From an uncultured Chloroflexia bacterium (GTDB lineage Bacteria; Chloroflexota; Limnocylindria; Limnocylindrales; CSP1-4), in NCBI GenBank assembly GCA_963713975.1, contig OY970218.1, positions 128,001-192,000 on the forward strand: a stretch of DNA of 64,000 nucleotides. Direction: 5' to 3'. Of this stretch, positions 51,638 through 60,971 are shown piece by piece. The notes under the pieces were generated by a model. The model was not told the origin of the DNA. It did not search any database and saw only the letters and a list, made by a program, of their open reading frames with translations. How positions within the stretch are numbered: position 1 is the stretch's first letter; each line of letters opens with the position of its first letter. Both the position numbers and the translations under genes were made by a program.

Positions 51638-53913
51638 GAGCCTGCCTCCCCTTGCCCGGTCGAGCCGGGGTCCTCGTGAATGGCCCGCCACACACGCTCT
51701 GGCGTCAGCGGGAGATCGCAGATCCGGGCGCCGGTGGCCTCGCGGACGGCGGCCGCCACAGCGGGGGCGACGCACAGCAGCGCGCCCTCGCTCATGCCCT
51801 TGGCGCCGTAGGGCCCGGGTCCGTCGGCGTTCTCCACCGCCTCGCTGTGGAGCTCGAGCGGCAGGTCCATGCTGGTGGGGATCCGGTAGTCGATGGCGCC
51901 CAGGTTCCGGATCCGTCCCCGCTCGTCGAAAATGTAGTGCTCCATCAGCGTGTGGCCGAGGCCCATGATCGCCGCGCCCTCGTCCTGCATCCGGACCTGG
52001 AGCGGGTTGATGGCCTTGCCCACGTCGCTGACGGTGATGTGGCGGTCGATGGTCACGTCGCCGGTCTCGCGGTCGACCTCCGCCTCGATGACGGTGCAGT
52101 TGAACTCGAAGAAGGCAGCCGAACCGCCGAGCGGATGTCCGGGCTCTGCCTCCTTGCGCGCCTCACCGAGACCGGTGAGCTCGCCGCCCAGCTTGCCGAG
52201 ACCCGGGGTGAGCACCTCGAGCGGCGTGAGCCGGCGACCGTCGGGCAGGAGCACCACGCCCGCATCCACGATGACACCCTCCTCGTCCACCTCGTGGAGG
52301 CGGGCCGCCATCGCGCGCAGGTCGCCCTGGATCGCACGGCAGGCCGCCAGAACGGCGTTGCCCATCAGGACGGTGGATCGCGAGGCCGAAGTCTGCTGGT
52401 CATAGGGGACGACCGCGGTGTCGCCCATCACGACCGTGACCCAGTCCAGCGGCGCCCCCAGCTCCTGGGCGGCGATCTGGGCGAGCACGGTCCGGGCACC
52501 CTGCCCCATGTCCGACGTGCCCGCGTAGACGACGACCGAGCCGTCCACGAGGAGCCGGACGATGGAGTGGCTAAGGCCCGTCGTGGGACCGGACTTGATC
52601 CCCAGCGCGATCCCGCGGCCGCGTCCCTCGGGCAGGGGCGACCCCCACCCGATCCGCTCGGCGGCGAGCCGGACCGTGTCCTCCCAGTCGCCGTCGCAGG
52701 GCGTGTCGAACGGGATGAACCGGTCGCCCTTGCGGGCGAGGTTGCGCAGCCGGATCTCCAGGCGATCAATGCCCAGGGCTAGGGCTCCCTCGTCCAGCGT
52801 CGACTCCACCGCCCAGTTGATCTGGGGGTTGCCAAAGCCGCGGAAGGCGGTGGACGGCACGGTGTGGGAGAGGATCGAGCGGGCGAGGATCCGGACCGCG
52901 GGGATCGTGTAGGGGCCCGCCGCAGGGTACGAGCCCTTGCCCACCACGCGATCGGCGATGTCCGCGTAGGCGCCGATGAGGTAGTCGGCCTCTATGTCCT
53001 GGAACAGGATCCGGCCGTCGCGGTCGAACCCGGTCCGGACCCGGGATTCGCACGCGGTCCGGCGGGCCGCCTGGAACGACTCCTCGAGGGTGAGCACCAG
53101 GCGCACCGGCCGGCCCAGGATCAGCGCCGCGAAGGCCACGGCCGGCTCGAGCTTGGTGTGCTGCTTGCCGCCGAAGCCGCCGCCCGGATCGGGGGCATAG
53201 ACGCGAACCTTGGACAACGGCATGTCCACCAGGCCGGCGATCAGCTTCTGGAGCCAGTTGGGGTGCTGGATCGTGCTCCAGATCGCGAGGCCGTCCCCAT
53301 CGGGGGCCGCCATGAACGCGTGGGGCTCGATGGCGAAGTGGGTCACCATCGGGAACGTGTAGCGCCCCTCCACCACGAGGTGCGCCCGTCCGGCCTCGGC
53401 CTCGACGTCGCCCCAACCGACCCGGTGCTCGGTGAGGACGTTGGTGTCCGCGAGCCGGTCATCGGGCCGCAGGGCCGCGTCCTGGACGAGCGGGGCGTCA
53501 GGAGCGAGGGCGCCCGACACCGTGAACACGGCCGGCAGCTCCTCGTGGTCCACCCGGACGAGGTGCGCCGCGCGTTCGGCCAGGTCCCGGGTGTCTGCGA
53601 CCACCAGGGCGACGGCCTCGCCGTGGAACTTGGTCTCGCCGACGGCAAGCACGGGCCGGTCTTGCTTCTGCGGCCCGAACCGGGGCATCGGCTTGGGCAG
53701 GTCGTCTGCGGTCATCACGAGGTGGACGCCGGGCAGGGCGAGCGCCTCTGAGGCGTCAATGCCCAGGATCCGCGCCCGGGCGCAGTCCAGCGTCACCAGC
53801 TTCGCGTGCAGGGCGTCGGCCACCGGCAGGTCCGCCAGGTAGCGCTGGGCGCCGGTGACGCGGTCGATGCCGCCCACGCGGTTGGGAGAGTCGCCGACGC
53901 GCGCCGCGCTCAT
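51634..53913 (-). CDS. Xanthine dehydrogenase-family molybdopterin-binding large subunit
   Basis: GGGFGGK, AFRGFG, DMGQG, SASRST, DVGKAINP, DYRIP, GAKGMSE. Confidence 0.92.
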   Translation of the reverse strand: MSAARVGDSPNRVGGIDRVTGAQRYLADLPVADALHAKLVTLDCARARILGIDASEALALPGVHLVMTADDLPKPMPRFGPQKQDRPVLAVGETKFHGEAVALVVADTRDLAERAAHLVRVDHEELPAVFTVSGALAPDAPLVQDAALRPDDRLADTNVLTEHRVGWGDVEAEAGRAHLVVEGRYTFPMVTHFAIEPHAFMAAPDGDGLAIWSTIQHPNWLQKLIAGLVDMPLSKVRVYAPDPGGGFGGKQHTKLEPAVAFAALILGRPVRLVLTLEESFQAARRTACESRVRTGFDRDGRILFQDIEADYLIGAYADIADRVVGKGSYPAAGPYTIPAVRILARSILSHTVPSTAFRGFGNPQINWAVESTLDEGALALGIDRLEIRLRNLARKGDRFIPFDTPCDGDWEDTVRLAAERIGWGSPLPEGRGRGIALGIKSGPTTGLSHSIVRLLVDGSVVVYAGTSDMGQGARTVLAQIAAQELGAPLDWVTVVMGDTAVVPYDQQTSASRSTVLMGNAVLAACRAIQGDLRAMAARLHEVDEEGVIVDAGVVLLPDGRRLTPLEVLTPGLGKLGGELTGLGEARKEAEPGHPLGGSAAFFEFNCTVIEAEVDRETGDVTIDRHITVSDVGKAINPLQVRMQDEGAAIMGLGHTLMEHYIFDERGRIRNLGAIDYRIPTSMDLPLELHSEAVENADGPGPYGAKGMSEGALLCVAPAVAAAVREATGARICDLPLTPERVWRAIHEDPGSTGQGEAGS

Positions 53914-54386
53914 CGACCGGCCCCGTCTGCGGTGGTGCGGATGGCGTCGAAGATCTGCTCGTAGCAGGCACAGCGGCAGAGGTTGCCTGCCATGCCCTCC
54001 TCGATCTCGGTCTGGCTGGGATGCGGATGCTCCTCGAGCAGCGCGTGCGCCGAGACGAGTTGCCCCGGGATGCAGAACCCGCACTGCACCGCCCCCTGGT
54101 CAAGGAACGCGGCCTGCAACGGCGAGAGCACGCCGGCGTCGGCCAGGCCCTCGACGGTGAGGATCTCGGACCCGTCCGCCTCCACGGCCAGGACGAGACA
54201 CGAATCCACCGTCCGGCCATCCACCATCACGGTGCAGGCGCCACACTCGCCCACCAGGCAGCACTCCTTGGCGCCGGTGAGGGCCAGGTCGTCGCGCAGG
54301 ACGTCGAGCAGCGTGTGGTTCGGGGCCACGTCCACCGTGCGGGGCGCGCCGTTGATCGTGACCTCGATGGGGATGTTCGGGATCAT
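53910..54386 (-). CDS. Xanthine dehydrogenase-family 2Fe-2S subunit
   Basis: CCLVGECGACT, QCGFC, GNLCRC. Confidence 0.93.
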   Translation of the reverse strand: MIPNIPIEVTINGAPRTVDVAPNHTLLDVLRDDLALTGAKECCLVGECGACTVMVDGRTVDSCLVLAVEADGSEILTVEGLADAGVLSPLQAAFLDQGAVQCGFCIPGQLVSAHALLEEHPHPSQTEIEEGMAGNLCRCACYEQIFDAIRTTADGAGR

Positions 54387-55252
54387 GCCTGCCCCTCTGT
54401 CTCATGGCGTTCCAACGCCGTGGCCAGCGCTCGCCGGCCGAGGACGCGGAGCATCGCGAGCCGGTACTCGGGACCGGCGCGCATGGAGCGGACCGAGGGG
54501 CTCGCGTCCGCAAAGATGCGTTCGAAGATGGCCGCACGGGCGTCGTCCGACGAACCCGGGTTGGCCAGGGTGCCCGTCGTGTCCAAGCGGAGCAGTGGCC
54601 GGGGTCCGACGCTCCCGTACGCGACCCGCGTGGTGCCCGTGGCGTCCACCCCACAGGCGACGGTGACGGACGCCAGGTCGTGCCCCCGGCGTCGGGTCCG
54701 ACGCTGGTGGGCGCTCGCGATCCGGTCGGCGGGCAGCGGCAGCTCGATCGCCGTGACCAGCTCCCCGCGGAGGAGGGTGGTCACGCCGGAGCGGACGAAC
54801 AGGTCGTCCACCGGGATACGCCGCGTCCCATCCGGCCCGGCCGCCACCACCACCGCGCCGTGCACGAGCAGGGCCGGCACCGTGTCGGCGGCAGGCGAGG
54901 CGTTGCACACGTTGCCGGCCAGCGTGGCCCGATTCCGGATCTGGACCGAGCCCACCACGGCGGCGGACTCGGCCAGCGCGGGCGCATGGAGTCCCACGAG
55001 TGGATCAGCGGCCACGTCGGTCATGACGGTCGTGGCCCCGATCACCAGGGTGCTACCGTCGATGCGGATCCCGGGCGCGAGCTCGGGGATCCGCTTGACG
55101 TCCACCACCAGACCTGGTGCCACGGTGCCGTCACGGAGCCGGATGACCAGGTCCGTGCCACCGGCGAGGACGCGCGCCCCGGGCCCGTGTTCCGCGAGCA
55201 GGGCGACGGCCTCGGCGAGCGAAGCGGGCCGGGCGTATTCGAAGGGGTGCAT
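54383..55252 (-). CDS. Xanthine dehydrogenase-family FAD-binding subunit
   Basis: AGGTDL, QIRNRATLAGN, ASPAAD. Confidence 0.92.
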   Translation of the reverse strand: MHPFEYARPASLAEAVALLAEHGPGARVLAGGTDLVIRLRDGTVAPGLVVDVKRIPELAPGIRIDGSTLVIGATTVMTDVAADPLVGLHAPALAESAAVVGSVQIRNRATLAGNVCNASPAADTVPALLVHGAVVVAAGPDGTRRIPVDDLFVRSGVTTLLRGELVTAIELPLPADRIASAHQRRTRRRGHDLASVTVACGVDATGTTRVAYGSVGPRPLLRLDTTGTLANPGSSDDARAAIFERIFADASPSVRSMRAGPEYRLAMLRVLGRRALATALERHETEGQA

Positions 55253-55268
55253 GCTTCCGAGAGCTCCG

Positions 55269-56156
55269 CTAGAGGATCTTGTCAACCTCGTCCAGGAGGA
55301 CCTGGGGGGTCGCTGCCCGGATGAAGAAGAACGGCCGCTCGCAGAAGCGGGCCACGAAGTCCGCCCGCCGCGCGCGCAGGACGTCGTTGTCCACCATCGG
55401 CATGACATGGCCCGGGGCCAGCAGCTCGTTGGTCAGGAAGTAGTTCTGCAGGGAGTGCAGGAACTGGAACTGGCGCTCGAACGGGATCAGCTCGTTTGTC
55501 GCCGGATCGAAGTTGCCGTCGATCGCGGGGACGATGACGAGGTCGATGATGGGGGCGCCCTCGTACATGCCCCAGGACGGCATCTCGCCCCAGAACTTCT
55601 CGACGCCCTTGTTGGGGGCGGCCTTGTCGGAGCGCTCGGTGCCCTCGGTGCGCTTCACGAGGAACGTGTCCACGGATCCCATGGCGGCACGGCCGTCCTC
55701 GTCGATGACCGTGGTCTCGGAAGCGACCTGGAGCGCGCCGCGCACGCCGGCCTCGATGAGGCCCATGCTCTTGCCGTGGTTGGACTCGCCGCCAAGGAAC
55801 ACCAGCGTCTTGCCGCGGTAGTTGACGGCGGCGCTATGGGACGGGTGGAGACCCACTGCCTCCATGCGCAAGGCGAGGACGGCAACGATCACCTTCTGGA
55901 TCGGGCCCGCGGGCCACTGACCGGTGAACGAGACCGTTCGCCCGTCGTAGGTCACGGCCTTGTCGCCGTCCTGGTTCCAGACGATGTCGGGATCGGCCAG
56001 CGTGACTTCCGGGGAGATGCGGACGTCGGCGAGGCGGTAGTTGAGGAAGGTCAGGTCGTCGAGCACGTGCTCACGCGGTTCGCCGCCGTACACGTCCACG
56101 CGCAGGCGGGCGGCGCCTGCCGAGAACTCCTCCGTCAGTTGCAGCTTGTCGTTCAT
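55269..56156 (-). CDS. HPr kinase-like P-loop protein of unknown function
   Basis: HSAAVNYRGKTLVFLG-GESNHGKS (Walker A preceded by the HprK-like H-x-x-x-V strand); SD AAAGGA. Confidence 0.6.
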   Translation of the reverse strand: MNDKLQLTEEFSAGAARLRVDVYGGEPREHVLDDLTFLNYRLADVRISPEVTLADPDIVWNQDGDKAVTYDGRTVSFTGQWPAGPIQKVIVAVLALRMEAVGLHPSHSAAVNYRGKTLVFLGGESNHGKSMGLIEAGVRGALQVASETTVIDEDGRAAMGSVDTFLVKRTEGTERSDKAAPNKGVEKFWGEMPSWGMYEGAPIIDLVIVPAIDGNFDPATNELIPFERQFQFLHSLQNYFLTNELLAPGHVMPMVDNDVLRARRADFVARFCERPFFFIRAATPQVLLDEVDKIL

Positions 56157-56172
56157 CGTGTCCTTTCGCTGG

Positions 56173-56910
56173 TCATGCCGCTCCGGCACTGGTCGGGGCT
56201 GCGCGCGTCGCGTGCGGCTGTGTTGCGGTCTGCGGCGCGTCCGCCAACTCGGCCTCGTCGGCCCAGAGCCCGGCGAGCATGAGACTGGCATCAGTGAAGT
56301 GGTCGCGGATGGCGGCGTCGGCCCGATCGGCGTCGTGGGCGCGGAGCGCCTCCAGCACGGGAGCGTGCCGCTCGGCGATCAGGTGCCGGTCCGACCCGGG
56401 GACCGCGATCGTGATGTAGGTGCGGGAGTACGGCTCGAGCAGGCCCCAGACCCGCTTGAGCGTGGGATTGCCGGCCCGATCGATGAGGTAGCCGTGGAAG
56501 GCGGCGTCCGCGGACGCTTCTCCGACAGCATCACCGGCCGCCGCGGCCCGACGCATGTCGGCGAGGTACGTCGCGAGCTGATCGAGATCGCCGTCGGTCA
56601 TGCTGGGAACCGCCAGCCGGACACCGAGCGCCTCGAGCTCCGCGCGAACGACGTACGCCTCGAGGAGCTCGCTACGCGAGGGATGCCGGACCCTGGCGCC
56701 ACGGAACGGCGCGATCTCCACGACCCCGAGTGCCTCGAGGTCGCGGAGCGCCTCCCGGACGGGCGCCTGGCTCGTCCCGAACTCACGGGCCGCCCGGGTC
56801 TCAACGATCCGGGACCCGGGTGGATAGCGGCCGTCAAGGATCGCCTCCAGGAGGCGGTCCTTGACGGTGTCGCTCAGGACGCTGCGTGAGATGGGGTTCT
56901 CGGCAGGCAT
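56173..56910 (-). CDS. GntR family (FCD) transcriptional regulator
   Basis: ILDGRYPPGSRI, FGTSQAPVREAL, FH...AGN, H..VLEAL, H. Confidence 0.93.
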   Translation of the reverse strand: MPAENPISRSVLSDTVKDRLLEAILDGRYPPGSRIVETRAAREFGTSQAPVREALRDLEALGVVEIAPFRGARVRHPSRSELLEAYVVRAELEALGVRLAVPSMTDGDLDQLATYLADMRRAAAAGDAVGEASADAAFHGYLIDRAGNPTLKRVWGLLEPYSRTYITIAVPGSDRHLIAERHAPVLEALRAHDADRADAAIRDHFTDASLMLAGLWADEAELADAPQTATQPHATRAAPTSAGAA

Positions 56911-56943
56911 CCTGGTTGTTCCTATCCTCCGCTGATCGGGGTG

Positions 56944-58677
56944 CTAGAGGATCTCGACCACGCCGGCGTTGCCGTCGACGCGGATCCGATCCCCGGTCTT
57001 GATCCGGTAGGTGCCGACGGACGTGCCAACGACGGCCGGGATCTCGTACTCGCGGGCGAGCACCGCCGGGTGGGCGACGAGGTCGCCCGCGTTGGTCACC
57101 ACCGCGATGATCTTCCCGTACAGGACCTGCCAGGCCGGGTTGGTCATCTCGCACACGAGGATCTCGCCCGGGACGAGGCTGTCGAACTCGTCGGTCGACA
57201 TGACGACGCGCGCCACGCCCTCGACGACGCCCGGCGAGCCGCCGATGCCGACGATCGTGTCGCCTTCCATCTCGCGCGGCCGGTTGAACTTGTCCGGGAA
57301 GCCCCAGAGGTTCAGGTACGGGAAGGCGAGCTGCGTCTGGGTGACGGTGCCGACCCAGTCCTTCGGCCGGACCTGCTCGGCCGCGGCCCGCTTTGCCCGG
57401 GCGGCCTCGGCGATCGCACGCCCGCTCTCGGCATCCGGTGCCCCCATGAACTCGCGGAGCCCGTTGTAGCGGAACAGGATCGTGTCGTCCGGCCGATCGA
57501 GCATGCCCATCTCGACCAGCTTCTCGCCGATGGCGACGAGGACGAGACGGACGTGCGCGTTGGCGCCCTGGTCGATGTAGAAGTGGTGATCAGGCGTGAG
57601 CGGCGCCATCTTGAGGTTGATCTCGTTGGCGGCGCGCATCTTCTCGAGCGCCTCGCCCTCGAGCCCCTCGAGGATCTGTGCCGCCGCGGCCTCGATGTCG
57701 GCCTTGAGGGCCGCGACCTTGGACGGGTAGTCGTAGTCCGACGTGTACTGGTCCCGCACGAGCTGGATGACCGGGTTCATGTCCTCGCGGAAGGAGGGGT
57801 AGATGAACTCGTGGCTCCAGACGGCGTGCCAGCCGAACTCTTTCTGGTACGGGACGACCTTCTCGGCGAGGAACCGCCGGCCCGTCTCGGTGGCCTCGAG
57901 GGCCGGGACGATCGACGTGGCGCCCACCTTGGCGAAGGCGGCCTGCAGCTCCGCGCTGGTCTTGACCTCCTCCTTCATCTCCCACAGGGCGCGGATCTTG
58001 TCCCAGTTGCGGTCGTCCGCGGAGTTCTGGAGACGGCCCAGGAGGACGTTGTCGATCTTGCCGTGGGTCTCCTCCATGACCGCCCGCAGGTTGAGCGTCG
58101 CGCTGAGCTGCGCGAAGTTCAGCATCCAGTGGATCTTCCAGTGGCGGTCATGCATGTCGATGGCGTCCTCGAGGAGGACGGCCAGGTCGGCGAGGGAGAG
58201 GTCCGCCTTCCGGTCGAGCATGCTCTCGATATAGTCGAAGTTGCGCTGCATCTCCGGCACGAAGCGCGTCTTCCACCAGAAGGTGAAGTTCTGGCCGTAG
58301 ACCGGCAGGACGAGGCCGAGGTACGCCCCGATCTTGGCTGCGTACTCGTTGTCCTCGGGGACGATGGGGTGGGTCTGGTAGTTGTACTCCTGCGTGGCGA
58401 CGTCGACGCCGGCCTCGGCCGGGATGGCGGTCGTGTACAGGTAGCCGTTGATGTTCTTGTAGATCCAGTCCGACGCGAACGGGGTTCCGAAGCGGCGGAA
58501 CATGTGGTCGCACGAGAGCCACCAGCCGCCGATGTCCTCATACATCGGGCTCAGCGGCTTGGGGCAGTGGAGGTCGTCGAAGACCCAGAACAGCAGCTTC
58601 TCGGTCTCGGACGTCCACTCGATCGGGAACGACTCGTCCCCCAGGAACTCGCCGAGGACTTCTTCCTTCAGGGGCAC
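56944..58677 (-). CDS. PEP-utilising phospho-His protein resembling phenylphosphate synthase alpha subunit
   Basis: FWVFDDLHCPKPLSP N-terminus, PDHHFYID, C-terminal GSPGVVEG, ILVCEMTNP, AHPAVLAREYEIPAVVG, RVDG..G.V; no ATP-grasp domain. Confidence 0.8.
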   Translation of the reverse strand: MPLKEEVLGEFLGDESFPIEWTSETEKLLFWVFDDLHCPKPLSPMYEDIGGWWLSCDHMFRRFGTPFASDWIYKNINGYLYTTAIPAEAGVDVATQEYNYQTHPIVPEDNEYAAKIGAYLGLVLPVYGQNFTFWWKTRFVPEMQRNFDYIESMLDRKADLSLADLAVLLEDAIDMHDRHWKIHWMLNFAQLSATLNLRAVMEETHGKIDNVLLGRLQNSADDRNWDKIRALWEMKEEVKTSAELQAAFAKVGATSIVPALEATETGRRFLAEKVVPYQKEFGWHAVWSHEFIYPSFREDMNPVIQLVRDQYTSDYDYPSKVAALKADIEAAAAQILEGLEGEALEKMRAANEINLKMAPLTPDHHFYIDQGANAHVRLVLVAIGEKLVEMGMLDRPDDTILFRYNGLREFMGAPDAESGRAIAEAARAKRAAAEQVRPKDWVGTVTQTQLAFPYLNLWGFPDKFNRPREMEGDTIVGIGGSPGVVEGVARVVMSTDEFDSLVPGEILVCEMTNPAWQVLYGKIIAVVTNAGDLVAHPAVLAREYEIPAVVGTSVGTYRIKTGDRIRVDGNAGVVEIL

Positions 58678-58834
58678 CGCTGCTTCCTCCTAGTTTGGGG
58701 TTGATCGGCGACACCCTGGCCGCCGGTTTCCTGGTGCTGGCCTGGCCGGACGCCCGCCGGGCCCTTGATCCGCTGGAACGACTGTTGCTCGCTGATCGCC
58801 CCGATCGTCTGCCTCCACCGACATGCGGCAATGG

Positions 58835-58885
58835 ATCGATAATCGATTGTCGATAACACTAGGGCCCTTCTCCTCCCGCAGTCAA
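58835..58885 (-). promoter_or_regulatory. Promoter TTGACT-N18-TAGTGT with triple TCGA operator array
   Basis: Plus strand atcgataatcgattgtcgataa (58835-58856) lies directly downstream of the minus-strand -10. Confidence 0.7.
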
Positions 58886-59812
58886 GGGCGATCTCGCAGG
58901 CGCCGGGCGCTGGGCGAGGACGACCGCCACGAGGATCGCGCACCCGCCGGCCATCTCCGCGACGGTCAGCCGCTGGCCCAGAACCACGGCCGCTACGACG
59001 ACCGCGACGACCGGTTCCATCAGCAGTGCCACCGCCGCCCGCGTGCTGCCGATCAGGCGCACGCCGCCCATGATCCACACCTTGGGCAGCGCGCCGACGG
59101 TCCCGGCACACAGGATCGCGACCCAGGCGACCGGCGATGCCAGCCACTCGCCCGCCACGCCGGCCCCGTACATCACGAGCGAGGCGGTGCCCGAGATCGC
59201 CAGCCCGCCCGCGAGGACGAGCGAGGTGGCCTGGACGCCGGGGACGTCGTCGAACCCGCCGCGGATCGCCACGAGGTACACCGCGTGGCAGGCCGATGCG
59301 ATGCCGGCAAGCGCGATGCCCACCGCGGTCGCGTGGGCCCCGGGGCCCAGCTGGCTGCCGAGGATCAGGGCGATGCCGGCAAGCGCCATGGCGAGCGCGA
59401 CGATCCGGGGCCGCGTCAGTCGCTCCCGGCCGAGTGCGGCAGACATCAGGGCCACGAGCGTCGGGTAGCAGTAGTAGACGGCCATGACCAGCGCGACGGC
59501 CATCGCCCCGAAGGCAAAGAACAGGACGAGGTTCATCGCTCCGTTGACGGCCATCGCCAGCGCGAGCATGACCTTCTGTCGACTCGGCAGCCGAGCGAGG
59601 CTGACCGATGGCTGTCGCCCGGAGATCACGAGCGCGCCGAGGATGGACATCCCGATGGCCGCCCGAAGCGCGCTGAAGGTCGCCGGGTCCACCCCCTCGG
59701 TGTAGGCCACCGCGGCGACCGGTCCGAGCGTGCCCATCGCGGCCGCCGCCGCAAGCACCTTGAGCAGGCCGCCGGCACCCCGGTCGCGCGCCATCAACCC
59801 GGTGACCGCCAT
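58859..59812 (-). CDS. EamA/DMT family transporter
   Basis: About 10 TM segments, YYCYPTLV...GRE and EPVVAV...LGQ motifs. Confidence 0.88.
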   Translation of the reverse strand: MAVTGLMARDRGAGGLLKVLAAAAAMGTLGPVAAVAYTEGVDPATFSALRAAIGMSILGALVISGRQPSVSLARLPSRQKVMLALAMAVNGAMNLVLFFAFGAMAVALVMAVYYCYPTLVALMSAALGRERLTRPRIVALAMALAGIALILGSQLGPGAHATAVGIALAGIASACHAVYLVAIRGGFDDVPGVQATSLVLAGGLAISGTASLVMYGAGVAGEWLASPVAWVAILCAGTVGALPKVWIMGGVRLIGSTRAAVALLMEPVVAVVVAAVVLGQRLTVAEMAGGCAILVAVVLAQRPAPARSPLTAGGEGP

Positions 59813-59853
59813 GGTGTCCTCCGCCCCCGTTCCGCAACCCCGGCGAATTCTGC

Positions 59854-59912
59854 TTGCAATCCGGCACTCGGGCCTACTACTATCCTCGATTATCGATGAT
59901 TGTTCATCATCG
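59854..59912 (+). promoter_or_regulatory. Promoter TTGCAA-N18-TACTAT with operator TCGATTATCGAT
   Basis: Same motif as at 43218 and 58835; also an inverted pair CGATGA...TCATCG. Confidence 0.65.
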
Positions 59913-60094
59913 AGCATCAAGCACCGAACGGGTCCTGAGCATGTGCAGATGGCAATGAGCCCGGTGGCTGGCACCGGCTCCATCGTGACGGCGGCGCCGA
60001 GACCGGGGCACGCGTCGAAGTCGGCCGGTCCGGGCGGCTTCGCGCCGACGACGATCGTCGGCGGACGCTGGCCGCGAACGGCCGGTGACGCCTG

Positions 60095-60967
60095 ATGGAG
60101 TTCATCACCCAATCCCTCGTCATCGGGCTCACCGAGAACGCGCCCCTGGTCCTCGCCGCGATCGGCTTCGCCCTGCTGTACCGCCTCACCGGGCTCATCA
60201 ACGTCGCCTACGCGGAGACCATCACGCTCGGGGCCTACTTCGGGATGTGGATCAACACCACGTACGGCCTCGACTTCTACGCCGTCCTGATCCCGACCGG
60301 GCTCCTGGCGGGTACGCTCAGCGTCATCACGTACCTGGCAATCTTCCGACCGGCGAAACGCCGCAACGTGGGCGGTCTCGAGATGATCATCATCTCCTTC
60401 GGGCTGGCCATCTTCCTGCGCCACGGGCTGCAGTTCGTGTTCGGCTACCCGCAGCGGTTCTATGACGTCCCACCGCCGGACACGATCATGATCCTGGGGG
60501 TCGGCGCGACGTCGTTCCGCATGGTCGCCCTCGCGAGCGTCGCGGCACTCTCGCTCGTGCTGTACCTGTTCATCCAGCGAACCAGCTACGGCCTCAAGGT
60601 ACGGGCCCTGGCCAGCGACGAGGACCTGGCTCGGGTCAGCGGGATCCGGCCCCTCGTCGTCACCGTGATGATCTGGTTCATCGCCGGCGTCGCCGGCGGA
60701 TTGGCCGGCGCGTTCTATGGAGTTGGTTCGGCCGTCTCACCGCTGCTCGGCTCGCGCCAGTTCCTGCTCATCCTGATGGTGGCTCTCGTGGGAGGTAGCT
60801 GGGGGCTTGGCGGCGTCATCCTCGTCGGGGTGGGCACCGGAGTGGCGCTGGTCGCCATGGCGCTCCAGTTCGACCAGGTCCTGTATGCGCAGCTGGTACT
60901 GATCGTCGCCTTCGTCATCGTCCTGAAGCTGCGCGGCACGCGGCTCACCGAGAAGGCAAAGGTGTAG
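60095..60967 (+). CDS. livH: Branched-chain amino acid-type ABC permease
   Basis: AIGFAL...GLINVAY, GLKVRALASD, VALVGG. Confidence 0.85.
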   Translation: MEFITQSLVIGLTENAPLVLAAIGFALLYRLTGLINVAYAETITLGAYFGMWINTTYGLDFYAVLIPTGLLAGTLSVITYLAIFRPAKRRNVGGLEMIIISFGLAIFLRHGLQFVFGYPQRFYDVPPPDTIMILGVGATSFRMVALASVAALSLVLYLFIQRTSYGLKVRALASDEDLARVSGIRPLVVTVMIWFIAGVAGGLAGAFYGVGSAVSPLLGSRQFLLILMVALVGGSWGLGGVILVGVGTGVALVAMALQFDQVLYAQLVLIVAFVIVLKLRGTRLTEKAKV

Positions 60968-60971
60968 CGCG

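Noticed and set aside
51634-55252. Aerobic CO dehydrogenase (coxMSL)
   Set aside because: The active-site loop is AFRGFG, not AYxCSFR; this is a generic XDH-family enzyme of unknown substrate.
56944-58677. Anaerobic phenol degradation operon
   Set aside because: No ppsB, ppsC or UbiD-like carboxylase genes are in the window.
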